Below are positions 1-13,968 of a stretch of DNA of 64,000 bases, piece by piece. The stretch is from Blastocystis sp. Blastoise. Lineage: Eukaryota > Protista > Bigyra: Opalinata. The notes under the pieces are model-generated. The model saw nothing but the letters and a program-made list of their open reading frames with translations, made no database searches and was not told where the DNA came from. The stretch is from NCBI GenBank assembly GCA_039096225.1, contig JBBPEB010000032.1:806001-870000 (forward strand), in the 5' to 3' direction. The stretch's first letter is position 1, and each line of letters begins with the position of its first letter. Made by a program: the position numbers and the translations under genes.

Positions 1-2458
1 TTATAAATATACGACATATATTATAGAATACCAAATAGTCAGAATCAAGTGATTGATAATGTAGAGTATGTTTTTTCATATGAATTTATGATATATGAAT
101 ATATTCAAATAGGTCTACGACTCCGAATATATTGAGATTTGTTCGTAATGGAGTGGATTGTGCTGATCTTTTGTGTGATGTCCATTTTTTTCGAGGAGAT
201 ACGTCATTTCACTCAAATGTATTTATGCACACGACTGTACTTTGTGCTATTGCTGTTCCTTCTGATATGAGTATGGACGACTTCCTTGATTTCATATGTC
301 CTTATACAAATACGATTTCTTGTGTACGTTTCTTAAGGTAATTTTTACAAATAGATATGTTTTTATTGTTTATTTTAAAATATATTTTTAGAACAGGAAA
401 TGCAGAATATTACGGTGTTTTGATCGAATGTAAAAATGAAGATTATTGTAATTCGCTATATAGTTATATAAATGGAGCTGTTTTTCCTTATCAGAATAAT
501 AAGATATGCCATTTAGTGTTTGTGGATAGTATTAATTATCATGTATTGATTTTATGTTATATTTTTATTATAAATTTTTATTTCTTAATAAATGTATATA
601 AAGAAAAAAATCACTCAAGATACTCAAATAGATGTCGATAATGCTTCTGTGATTCCCGTGGATATTCGTACATTTAACAGTGTTTATTCTTCTTCTACTT
701 CTGCATTTGTTCTCCTTCGAGATCTCTACCCCAATATTCATGAACTTCCTCCTTGTTGTATATGCTTAGAACGAATGGATACAGCTATCACATGTCTTGC
801 TGTCACTTTTTGTATATATATACTTTTATATATGTATATATAATTATTTTTTATTATTTTATTATTATATTTTTTTTTATTGTTTATTGTTTTTATATGT
901 TTATATATTTAAATTGATATATTAATTGATGTTATAATATATATATATATATATAGGTGGTCATGTATATCATTGTGATTGTATTTCTCAATGGACTAAC
1001 CCTCATTGTCCTATATGCAAATGTCTACAAGGAAAAGAAACACATACTGTTTGTAGTGTATATTTTATTATTATTATATTTATTATTATATTTATGTTTA
1101 TTAATATATTTATTATTATGTTTATTATTATTTCTTATTATTATTTATTAGTATTATATACCTATTATTATTTATTATTATTATATTTATTATTATATTT
1201 TATTATTATTATTTATTATTATTATATTTATTATTATATTTATTATTATATTTATTATTATTATTATTATTATTATCTCTTATACTAATTATTACTACTA
1301 GGTGTGTGGTTGTTTGAATGATTTATGGATATGTGCTATATGTGGATATATAGGATGTAGTCGTTATAAAGGAGGACATGCTTATCAACATTATATAGAT
1401 ACTAAACATGTATATACTATAGAGATAGAAACACAGAGTATATGGGATTATAGTCAAGATCGATATATACATCGTCTTATCAGAAATCAAAGTGATGGAA
1501 AAATTATTGCGTTACCTTCAACAGATGAAGTAAACAGATTTTTATATATATTTATTATTTTATTCCTTTTATTTTCTTGTAATATTTCACTTTTCTTTAT
1601 GTTTTTCCAAGTTATTTTAACTGTTGTTTATATATGTTTAGAAAAATAATTTTATTACCGTCATTCTAATTATATAGAATATACATTATTATGTATATAT
1701 GTTTTATATAGGTAGTAGAAGAGAATTATCGAATGAGTAAAAAAGAAATGATACAAGCAGAAGAATTCGAAAAGTTATGTATTGTACAATTAGACTCTCA
1801 AAAAAGTTTTTATGATAATCAAATACAAACCTTATTAAGAGAAAAAGAAACCATTCAAAAGAAATATGAAGTATATATATATTATATATAATTAAAAATA
1901 ATTTATATATAAAAATCATTTATATATGATTAACAATCATTTATATATAATTAAAAAACATTTATATAGAACTCGAATAATGAGTCGATAACATTAAGAT
2001 CAGAAATGAATAGAATATCAGATATTCTTAAGGAAAATACCTCAAAAATAGAAACTACTTATGCGCAAATGGAACAATATCGAAAGAAATATGATGAAAT
2101 ACAAAAAAACAATACACATATGAATAAAAGAATTAAAGAACTAGAACTTCGAGTAAAAACAATGGAATCTGTTCATAAATATGAATTAGACAATAAAGAT
2201 AAAATTATTCAAGAACTAACGGATACAAATCAAGACCTTATGCGTCATTTCGATATGGAAGTATATATATATATATATTATATATATATTATATATAATT
2301 TATCATTTTATAAAAATAATAAATCATGATTTTAATAGTCAAAAATAAATGAACCTGTAGAATCTATTACTGTATCTTGTAACTCAATACCACCACCAAC
2401 ACCTTCAATAAATCAATTTTTATGTAAAGAAAAAGAAAAAAAGAAAAAGTCTAAATAA
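1..2458 (+). CDS. BRAP: BRCA1-associated protein / ETP1-like E3 ligase (BRAP2 + RING + ZnF-UBP + coiled coil), multi-exon, 5' end outside window
   Basis: Spliced exons give LCAIAVPSDMSMDDFLDF (BRAP2 domain), ELPPCCICLERMD...CGHVYHCDC...CPICK (RING-H2), CGCLNDLWICAICGYIGCSRYKGGHAYQHY...H...IWDYSQDRYIHRL (ZnF-UBP) and a coiled coil. GT-AG introns, TAA at 2456-2458. Confidence 0.9.
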
Positions 2459-3783
2459 TCGTGAACATTCTTATATTTTTTTACATTCCTATTGGTATAT
2501 AACTATATATATATGCGTAACTGCGTTTTGTTCCTATTTTCATTTTCATACATTCAAACTAATTAGTTTTTTTCATTTTCAACAATCATTTGTTATGGTT
2601 CTCCTGCATATTTAATTTTCTCATATAGTACAATTGATATTATTCCTTTTTAATCAACTAACTATTGCTACCATGATAGAGAACCATACAAAATAAAAAT
2701 TCTTTTAGAAAACGAAACTGTATTTATAGTGACGATTATTTATCAAGATTCTCTATCATTTTATATATAATCGTGATTTTCAATAAATAATTAAAAGTAT
2801 GTTTTCTTTATAAACTACAAAGATATCAAGTAAATATTCCTTGATACCTATTATTTCATGCTATTCAATACACTAATCAGTATTTTTAAATGGAAAAGAC
2901 CAAATTTAAAAATTGGATTCCATATTTTCCCACCAATATACATTTAGATATATACTCCATTTAATGATATAGCACGTTTCTACAAACTTGATCAATTCTT
3001 TCCTAATTAAATATAAACTACATGTACAAAATGTCACAAAAAATGTGTTTTACTAGGCTCAAAAATATATAAATATACTTCTATTTAATTTGATATGTTT
3101 AATAAATTAACAGTAAATACTGTGATATTACGAGTAATCAGTCAGTAAAAAAAGAACTGTAATTCTAAATAGGCACGTTTTTTTACTATATTCTAAATAC
3201 TGAACAGCTTTTAGTTGTATAGAAAACGAGTATACTAGGATAGAACATATTTAGCAAACAAAGAATAAATAGAATAGTAATCATAACAATAAGAAAACTG
3301 AAAGCAAAAGTGAACACAAGATTCTATGTTTTCTAATTTTGACCTCATAATTTTCCTGAAAAACGCAATCGAAGCAAAACGAAGACATTTCTATTGTAGA
3401 AAAGAATTAGGAATGAATAGAATCACGAGAACTGACGAGATATGACTGACAAGAAGAGAATAACTATGGGAAAACAATATTAAGAAATTTTTATGGAAAA
3501 AGAAAAAAAACCAAGGAATTCTTTCAGTAATATAGAAAAAAAATAGTTTAATAAAAAGAAGTGAAAAAGAAACGTCGTTGTTCTTAGAGTATGATTGACA
3601 GAGCAAATCGAGTTAAAATAAGCGAATAAATCTAGGTGTCAGTCCTGTTGGAGAGTTTTGATTGGATAGAAAATTCTAGATTATTCTTCAACAAATGTTT
3701 TTAGTGTTGAATTTTTTTTTGATGAAATGTCATCTATAGTTATATTTTTATTTATTTGATAAAAAAATATCTTATTTATTAAT

Positions 3784-4437
3784 ATGCTTTCAAATTACAA
3801 TTTATATGGTAATGCTGAAGATTCAGCATCATGGAGTTCTTACGGGAGTGTTCTTAGTCAGCACTCCTTAGAGTTGTTTCCAGAAACAGCTAGTTCAATT
3901 CCCTTTGGTACACCAAAGGTGCATAGTGGTATGACTATAGAAGAATTAAAAGACATAACAAGTCAGCGATTGAATAATCAAAAAATATATTATGAAATCC
4001 CTGCACCTGTTCTTGACGTATATGGTCGTAATATAGTGTATTTAAATCCTGAATCAGCTTATAAGATAAATTATTTTTCCTGTTATTTTAATGAGAATTT
4101 TGATGAAACTTCTACTGGTCGACGTCGATGGAGTTCTTACGATAGTGATACGATGTATGGTTATTCTGATAATTTATACTCTGATGATTCGTTTGAATTG
4201 GAAAATAGTCCTTCTTCGTCTTCAAGTTTAAGTGATAGAATTTCTGAAGATTATCCTTTAAGTGGTAGTAGTTTGTTTTCTGGAACTAATGACAGTTTAT
4301 TACTTGATGATTCTGATATCCGGTTTAATGACGAAATGGTGAATGAGATACATCCGTCTAATCCAGTTTCAAAAGAAGTCGATATCGATCATTTCTTTGA
4401 TTTTTCAACACCTTGCTATTGTAAGTGTTTTCAATAA
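3784..4437 (+). CDS. hypothetical Ser/Asp-rich protein, single exon, 217 aa
   Basis: Clean ATG-TAA ORF with coding-like composition; contains HSGMTIEELKDITSQRL; TGTTTGTT-type element at about 4687. Confidence 0.7.
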   Translation: MLSNYNLYGNAEDSASWSSYGSVLSQHSLELFPETASSIPFGTPKVHSGMTIEELKDITSQRLNNQKIYYEIPAPVLDVYGRNIVYLNPESAYKINYFSCYFNENFDETSTGRRRWSSYDSDTMYGYSDNLYSDDSFELENSPSSSSSLSDRISEDYPLSGSSLFSGTNDSLLLDDSDIRFNDEMVNEIHPSNPVSKEVDIDHFFDFSTPCYCKCFQ

Positions 4438-5247
4438 CTCTTCTAATCATGTACTATAATTTAATTTTCTTGTCTTTTATTTTATTTCGCTTCTGTGTCC
4501 TATGCTTTAAGAAACAAAAACTACTAATATAACTTGGGTTATTATTATATTTCAATTTCTTTTATAGTTGACATTTCGTCTCTCCAGTCTATGTCTGCTG
4601 CGGGTCTTGTAAGTGCCTAAGTTTTGTGTCATTAGAAATTTATTGTCTTGTACCCTATTATTATAATCTGATATTCGCGTGTCCATGTTTGTTCGTTTGT
4701 TTGTTTTTTTTTTCTTTTGTTTATTTGTTCTCTTATTTTGATTCTTCGTTGTAGTTTATTTGCATTTAAAAATGTGTTGAGTTTTTTTTTATTCATTAAT
4801 TTTTATTTAATTTTTAACATATTAATAATTTTTTTATAATTAAATTTATAATTTTATAATTGATAAGAAAATAATATAACTAAACATAGAAATAAGGATT
4901 GGACTAAAACATAAAATATTAAACTACTTTATAGTCAAACACATCTTATAGGAAGATATATTTATAACTATTAAATACAATTTAAAAAAAAAAGTGGAAA
5001 AGAAGTTGAAAAAGTAAAAAGAAAAGAGAAAATACTGAATAAAAATAGATCAAGGAAAATAATGTACATGAAACGCATATAATTTGACAAAGAACAAATA
5101 TTTGTTCTATCTAAAATAAATAATATATATGTAAACAATTGACTAACTCTGTAGGATCACAAATATATTCTACTAAAATAATAATTTTAAATATAGAATA
5201 TAATATGTGAATGAAAAGATTCTATATAAATTATAGTATTCCTAAAA

Positions 5248-5667
5248 TTAAAAGGAAACAGCTTCATCTTCATCTGTAGATAAATCGTTATCTTTTAAAG
5301 CTTGTTGATATAAAGGCAGAGAACATAAATTGGTAGAAACTGTTACGGAACGCTTTATACATGATACAGAATGACAACTATATATATATATATATATTAT
5401 TATTATTATTAAATATAACATATATATATTGTTTATAGTTTCTTATCAATAAATAATAATATAATTAAATATATATATACTTGTCTAATTTGTTAGTAGT
5501 AGTTTGGCATGATTTAGAGAGAGGTATATACGTAGAAGTACCTCCAAAATCATCTTTAAACATATCTACTATATACTGAGGATCACCCACCTGATTAGAT
5601 GTATTCTCTACATAACTATATATATATTTATAATTAAAGATGAAATTATTTATATTAGAATTAATAG

Positions 5668-5763
<96 letters not shown>

Positions 5764-7158
5764 TATAGCATACGATATGAATTCAGAGAGTGTGAAAGCT
5801 TCTTCGTGTGAAATCGAATAAGGTTCTAAAGCGGCTTTCATTTCCTCAAAGGAATAAGGAAAATAAGAAGCAACAGATATATATTCATATATCTGTAAGA
5901 AACTTAATAAACCATTCTGAGGATACATATTATTAAAGAAATCTATATATATATAATTAATATTATTGTTATTTTATATTATATACTTATTAAACAAATA
6001 TATATTTAAAAAAAATACTGTATAAAAAAATATTATATAATGGTAAACAAAAACAAAAACAAAAAATAAATAAATAGCAAATAAATAATAATATATATAT
6101 ACTTTCTAAGGAGTCGTGATTGGTAGACTGTAATATATGAAGGATTGAATGTTCAATATCTTCACTATTTATTGTGAGCGGGAAATTCACACTATGACGT
6201 TCATTATACACTCTATATATATAGTAATAGTATAATATTCTTATATAATAATAATAGAATGATGAATAAAACAAAGTCATTATATATATATATACTTTTT
6301 ATGTTGATATAATGCTCGTTTTTGTTTCAAATTACGTCGAATGTCTTTATACTGTTTATACATTCGAAATACCTTTAAATAAGGAACACCTTCAGAAGTT
6401 ATATAACTATATATATAATAATAAATATTTTTTTAAATAAAATATTCTTATATATATAAATATAGATAATTATATAAAATTGAAACATAGAATATAATTC
6501 ATCTTTATTCACTTTAATTCCCGCAAATTTACATATTCTATAAATATTATATTTAAATAATAAATAATATAAATATTATATTTAAATAACAATATAAATA
6601 TCACATTTAAATAACAATATAATATCACATTTAAACAACAATATAATATCATATTTAAATAACAATATAATATTATATTTAAATAACCTATATATACTCT
6701 AAGATATCGACTAAGGAAATAAATCCAGTTTCTTCAGGATCATGTTTAATAAATAAAGAACACATATAATTTGGTGTAACATCTAATTTTTCTAATATAG
6801 AAAAAGGAGATTGATTTGGAAGAAAAAAAGAAGAATGTTTCATTGGAGATGAGTTTGTTGGAGACAAAACTGAGTATGGAATCGTATCACAAGATGTGCA
6901 TATACTCAGAGAAGAAGGTTGATAAGATAATGAATCATTTGTTCCACTAACACGTAAAGACATTATAGAACTTGGAGATTCTATAATAATATATATAGAG
7001 AAACCTGAGATAATGAGTAACAATAAAATATTTACCACGTAGAGAAGACGAAGATGGAAAACCAGGAATAAACTAATGAAAATATAAATTGGAAAATAGT
7101 ATCAACATACTTCCTGCCTGTACTCACAAACGTCTAATTCAGATAAGCAAGGTTTCAT
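5248..7158 (-). CDS. EF-hand-like protein, multi-exon
   Basis: ATG at 7158 (MKPCLSELDVCEYRQE). GT-AG exons join in frame through LFIKHDPEETGFISLVDILE and MYPQNGLLSFLQIY (EF-hand-like loops) to TAA at 5248-5250. Confidence 0.6.
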
Positions 7159-8884
7159 ATTGGTAAAAAAAAAAATGTAGTAATTGACTATAGTTTATAT
7201 TAATAAAATCTCTTAAGGCATTCAACACTGATTTATGACTTTTATCCAATATATAAATATTGTAGATAATACTTGAAAATAAACAAAATATATAAGGTCT
7301 ATTCACCAATTCCACTTTAATGAAGGGAATGTGAGAAATTGTTTGTGTCTTAACGATTTTGTGTGGATCTCGATTTCAGATGGCGAATCCTGCGTCATTA
7401 TTGTTTTTATTAACTATTTCTCGAGTTCATTCTTATTGGACATTTAAAAATCAATCCATAACATTATCTTGTTATTCTATTGTGTCGATCCTCGACCAAT
7501 CAAATAGGAGATTTTTTGAGATGTTCCATTGCTTGATCTCCACGAAACAAATGGGCACCAGATACCGAAAAAAAAGCCAGATTGAGTTTCCTCTTTTAAC
7601 ACATAATATTCCCTTGATTATTTTCGACTTTTTTAAAAAGAGGAAAATTCTCTACTTATCTCCTGAGGAATCCAACATTGATTTCCACAAACATAAAAAT
7701 TCTCGGTTTCTCATTCATTTCCAACTTTGTTTCCCTATTCAGTTGATTTATTTAACGGCTTCTACGATAATCAATGGATAAATAATTTTTTAGAGAAACT
7801 GAATGGACATTTATTTAATTGGATACAGGGTTCGCCACGAAGACTCTCTTGGAGTACTAATTTCCTAAAAGAGCCAGTTTCATGGGTACTTTTAGGCGCA
7901 TAAGGCGTAGATAAAAACTCTCTTGGAGTACAGACCGTACTCAAAGTACAGTTTGGCGAACCCTGATTGGATATAAGTTGTGTTTTTTTTAAACAAATTC
8001 CACTCAAACGCAGAGTTCTTTAGAGATCTTTATCATTTACTTTGATTTTCTTCTCGATTATTCTTCTTGTTGATGTTTGTCATCGATCTTCTCTTCTCCA
8101 TATCAGAAATCACAACATATATACTATATTTACTCTCTTCCTCATAGATTGACTCGTCATAGGCTTTCCCGTATCTATTCAATCTATTGGATGCAGCGCA
8201 ATCACTCTAGATCTCTAATGTTTCTATTGCTATCACCATTAGAGCAGGAAAACATATTGATTATTCTATGAAATATACATGTTCTTTCCGTATTTTCTTA
8301 TAAACTATATGCAACGAAGCTCAGTCTTATTAAGTAATATTATTAGAGTAACCAGTGGATTTCGTTTATGGATTGATCATGATTTATAAAGTCATTTTTT
8401 TCGTAAAGTCACTTTTAAACTATTTGATACTTTGTATATTGATGGACTATTGATTTTCATGATCCATAGTATTAAATGAATGATGAGAAATGAATATTGA
8501 TAGTGAATCAATTGGAATGTTGTTGTTTTTAGAATAATTTATGTAGTTGAATCTCTTTATCATAATGTGTATTTTTATTGAGTAATAAATACATTGGATG
8601 TTTTTTATTATATATTTTTTTGAAAGAGTGAACATGATTTCTTATAAATTTTTATTTTCATGTAATTCTATATTTATATTTATTCTTTATAGATATACCG
8701 TGTTTTTTGATTTATTTAAATACATGTATTGATAGATTATTGAGAATATTAGGATACACATAATAAAAACTTGTTTTTATATTTTTAATCAACAATAACG
8801 TCTTTGAATCATTTATTAACTTGTTTATATATAAGTTTATAAACAAAACAAAATGTTAAATATACATATATATATATACATATA

Positions 8885-11800
8885 TTATAAAGGAGGTAAA
8901 CCGAAAAGAGTCGGATCAAATTCATTCAATGAAGAAATAACCTATAGAATCATATATATATATATATTATTTATGTTATTCTTATTGAATAAAAAAAAAT
9001 ATAAATATAATAATGTCTAAAGAAAGATTTTATTACAATCGAAAATAATAGACACTATGGACATTTTTTCAGGTTTCTGTCAAAAGGTCCAACGACTTTT
9101 TTGTTTTGGTTTCCCCAGTGGTGAGCAGTGAAAATTTTTAAATATGTAGCTGACAAAAGGTTATTTGATTTTTCTGTTTGGTTTCCCCAGTGGTGGAGCA
9201 GTGAAAAAATTTTAAAGGGTAGCTGACAAAAGGTCCAACGACTTTTTTGCTTTGGTTTCCCCAGTGGTGAGCAGTGAAATTTTTTGTCAGAGTTTCAGTG
9301 ATTTTATAAAATCGAAAAGCAGTGCAAAAGTATGACGCACCTTAAAACAATAATTGGCGAATAAAAATGGTTTTAAATATTCTCTATTTTTTCATTTATT
9401 GGTTTTTTTATTCTTTTTGTGGTGTAATAATAAACGATATAACAAAACAAACAAATTAAATATTATCAAATAATCATAAAAACAAATAATAGAAAACAAT
9501 AATAATAAATATATAAAAAAAAGATAATAAAACATATAATAAATAATATAATAAAATATATATAATATTTAATTTATAATATTTCAACCAGGACAGTTTC
9601 AGTCTTTAATTTGCATTTAAGCCTAAGCAACCTATATAAAGAGATGATATTAGTTAAGTATTACTAATAATAATATATATATAACATTTTAAAATAATAA
9701 TAAAATAAAAAATATATACCTTTTCTAATCATTACAAGACAGGCAAGGAATCAAAGACAAAGAACCATCCTATAAAAGATATATGATAAATAGTATAATG
9801 AATAAAACAATATAATTAAATATATATATATACTTTTTATAAACCATTCTCTCCAATTAACAACAACGACAGCAACGGAACCCCTGGAAACCTATATAAA
9901 GATAGAGTAAGTTATATAATATAATAATATATAATAAAGTAAATTAATATAGAATAATAAAATATAAATATATACATTAATGCTATATAAATATAAAGTG
10001 GGGTTAGTTATATAATATGTAATAGATAATATAGATGATATATACCTTCTTTTAACATTGATTCCTTCCATTCTAGACCTAAAGAACCCATCTATAAGAG
10101 AGCCACGACCACACACAAGAAGGACCAGAACGTTTAAGGAGACCAGCAAGTGTCAAAACACCAAGCAGAGACAGCTACAATAGAAAAATGAATGAATAGA
10201 GTAGAAAAAATAAAATATAAAGAAACAGCAAACACCTACCATCATAATAGTATCATATATAATAAAATAAAAATAAAATTTAATAATATATCATATTAAT
10301 CATATAAGATATAATAAAATAAATATGTGATAAGTCATGTAGCATTTTGTTTTGTTATAAAAGGGTGTAATAGGAATTTAGAAGATATAGCTGAAATAAT
10401 GAAAATAAACATGAATAATCTCATATCTACTAAATATAGAGAATCTTCATCATAAGAAAAATGAATGGTTAAGAATAAAAGAGAAAGAAAAATTTTATTT
10501 CTATGAGGAAAATGGATATTGTTATTGTTATTTTCAATTTATCATAATTATCATAAGTAATACAAAAATTGTTTTATTTTAAAGAATTATATAGTTATTT
10601 ATCATTATATCATTTTATAATCAGTTTTGACTATGGAAGAGTGATTTTTATCCTTAATTGTCAAAATTATTTTTAGTATCACTCAGTAAGTATAAGTCTT
10701 TTAAAAAATAAATATAGGTTACAATACAGACTTATAGAGAAGACTCTGAAACTTCTATTTCCAGAATAAAAGTCATTTATATAATCCAGAATGATTGCCT
10801 GAATCATTATTTAAAGAATCAGTTTTATCACATATCTTCAATAAAATTATAAAATAAAGAAAATGAAGATAAAAAGGTCTAGAGTCGAAAATGTTATGAA
10901 ATATTATCTTTTTAATGTATTTGTCCCGATTTTTTATTAATCTGTTATCATAATATGACAAAGAGAGTGGTAAAAACATTTTAAAAGTGAATTAAAGCAA
11001 TAATTGGAATCAAGTTAAAGTCTTCTAATACCTTTAAATAGACTTGAAATACATAGAGTAAGCATTTTTTCATGCAAATAGTGTTTTTCATTTAAATAAT
11101 ATCAAAAACAAATCAAAATAGTATTTTATAATTACTCAGCAAGAACTTTTTCTAGTATTCAAGGACTTACTATTATCAAATATACGTATAAACAAACAAA
11201 AATCATATTTTATATATTTTTAGTTGAATAGTCGGAGTCGTGTTGATAGTTTATTATAAAACAAATGCAAAAATCACTTTTTTGTCAAAAAAAGTCTTAT
11301 ATCGATATATAGTTTTATTCATAATTTATTTATTGTCTACAAACTCTGTGTATTCATTTTAAGTGATTTTTAGTAAAACTAAAATTATTTGAAATACATA
11401 TTCTAATTTCGAAAATGACAAAAACATATTATATTACATATTTAGTGTTTAAATGAAGTTTAAAAGTTATTAAAATATCAATTAGTTAAAAAATATAAAA
11501 TATTGAGAATCTCCATTTTTATGACTTGTCTTAAATCACGTTAAAGGTGTATAATTGAATAGTTGCATTGATTATTTGTATGATTCTAGTAATATTTTCT
11601 AAGAATTTTGTTTTTTAACAAGAATAAATTCTTAATTTATTGTTTATCAACTTAAAAATGTATTTAAATGATTATTTTCTTGTGTAAAAGGGTATAGTGG
11701 TTATATGAAAAAAAAATTACGCAGAATCATTTGATAATATAATTTTGAAAAATAGAATTATTATTTTGAACTAAACTAATTTTTCACATATACTCATTAT

Positions 11801-13895
11801 AAAACGACTTGAATAATCTTTTGAGAAGATTATTTTGTTTTATAATACACTTAAGAAGTAATTGAATGTTATTGTGTCTCTTTTTGTTAAAAAGATTATT
11901 TTGAATGCTATTTTTGATTGATCTATATATTATCAATGCATTCAATGATGAAATAAATACATATGTAAAGAAAAAATAGTAATTGATCTAATTTATCTTC
12001 ATCTATTTGAATAGATAATTTTTGAAAAAATTAATATAATATAATTATTGATACCTATATATAAAGAATTAGTTATGTAATTGACCTTAAGACAGGAATT
12101 GAACCTGTTTTCTATCATAAACTGATAGATACTTACCAATATAAGCTTAAGGATAATATAGAATAAAAATACATAAATGAAAGTAAAATAGTAGGAATAA
12201 TGAGTCAGTATGATGTGTAAGGATATATTTATATATGTATAAGTGAAAAAGGATGCTAGAAGAAGGGAAAAGAAGTAAAAAAGAATAAAAGAGAAAGAAA
12301 TATAAAGTAAATGAGATAGGGTCTTTAATTATTGAGATTAATAAAAAAAATGAAAAATAATTTATAATAAATGACAAAGATAGATATATAGAGATCTATA
12401 ATAATAAGGAATGCAGAAGAGAAGAGGATTAGAGGATAAAGAATAAGAAGAAGATAAGGAAGATAAGGAAGAAGATAAGGAAGATAAGGAAGAATAAGAA
12501 GAAGATAAGGAAGAAGATAAGGAAGATAAGGAAGAATAAGAAGAAGATAAGGAAGAATAAGAAGAAGAAAAGAAGAATAGGAAGAAGATAAGGAAGATAA
12601 GGAAGAAGAAGAAAAGAAGAATAGGAAGAAGATAAGGAAGAAGAAGAAGAATAGGAAGAAGAATAAGAAGATAAGGAAGAATAAGAAGAATAAGAAGATA
12701 AGGAAGATAAGGAAGAAGAAGAAGAAGATAAGGAAGAAGAAGAAAAGAAGAATAGGAAGAAGAAAAAGAAAAGAAGAATAGGAAGAAGATAAGGAAGAAG
12801 AAGAAGAATAGGAAGAAGAATAAGAAGATAAGGAAGATAAGGAAGAATAAGAAGAAGATAAGGAAGAAGAAGAAAAGAAGAATAGGAAGAAGATAAGGAA
12901 GAAGAAGAAGAATAGGAAGAAGAATAAGAAGATAAGGAAGATAAGGAAGAATAAGAAGAAGGAAATGAATAATGACAACAAGAAGATGAAGAATAAATAG
13001 AATAATGATAAGAAAGAATAAATAGATTAATAAGAGAACAAGAGGATGAATGTGAAGAAGAGACAAGGAAGGAGGTGAAAAAAAGAAAGAAAAGTAAGAT
13101 AAAGAATAGGAAGAAGATATACAAGAAAATGAAGAAGAAGAGAAAGAAAAGAAAAGAAGAATAAACAAGAAACATATATAGAGAAACAGAAAGATATAAA
13201 GAAATAAAAGAGATAGATAGATAGATAGATAGATAGAGAGAAAAAAAAATACAAAGATATAAATAGATAGATACACTAATAGATGAATAGAAAGAAAGAA
13301 GAAAAGAGAGACATAAAGAAGAAATTAGATAGAAAGAGATAGAATTCTATATAGAATGAGAGATATACAAAAGAAATCAAATGAAATAGAGAATAAGATA
13401 AAAATAGATACAAGAATAAAGATAAAAAGAGAAATAGAGGAGTAGGGAAGGTGTATAAAAAAGAAAGAATATAAAGATAGGTAGAGAGGAATTGAGAAGG
13501 ATAGAGAAGGAGGAGGAAAACAGATAGAATTGGAAGACGAAGAAAAGAAGATGAGACGAAGAAGGGAGAAAAAAGGAGCAGGAAGTGAATATCAAGAAAG
13601 ATAAATTTATATAGAAAAAAATTAGAAAGAAAAATACATACAAAGAAAACGATAGGGAATGATAGAGAGAATTATAATTTGAATGACATAGAGAGAAGGA
13701 GAGACAAAGCAAGATAAAGAAGTATAATAGAAAAAACAAAGAAGAAAAAAAGAAGAATAAAAAAAGAAAAGATAGAACAATAGTATATGAGAGAAGAAAG
13801 AGACAGAAAGAAAACGGGAAATAGGGTAGAGACATAGAAGGTAATAAAATATATAGAAGGGGAGAGGGGATTGAGATAAATAAATAGATAGATAT

Positions 13896-13968
<73 letters not shown>

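Noticed and set aside
9081-9285. CRISPR-like repeat-spacer array
   Set aside because: Units are contiguous tandem copies without unique spacers, the context is eukaryotic, and there are no cas genes.
10400-12050. Transposase remnant inside the CACTA element
   Set aside because: No ORF or recognisable DDE/TnpD motif found; a sensitive tBLASTn/HMM search would be needed to exclude a highly decayed copy.
12084-12152. Functional tRNA-Lys(TTT)
   Set aside because: A 5-bp/7-nt anticodon arm can be drawn (loop AGTTTAT), but U33 and the 8-9 connector are missing, so it is reported as tRNA-like only.
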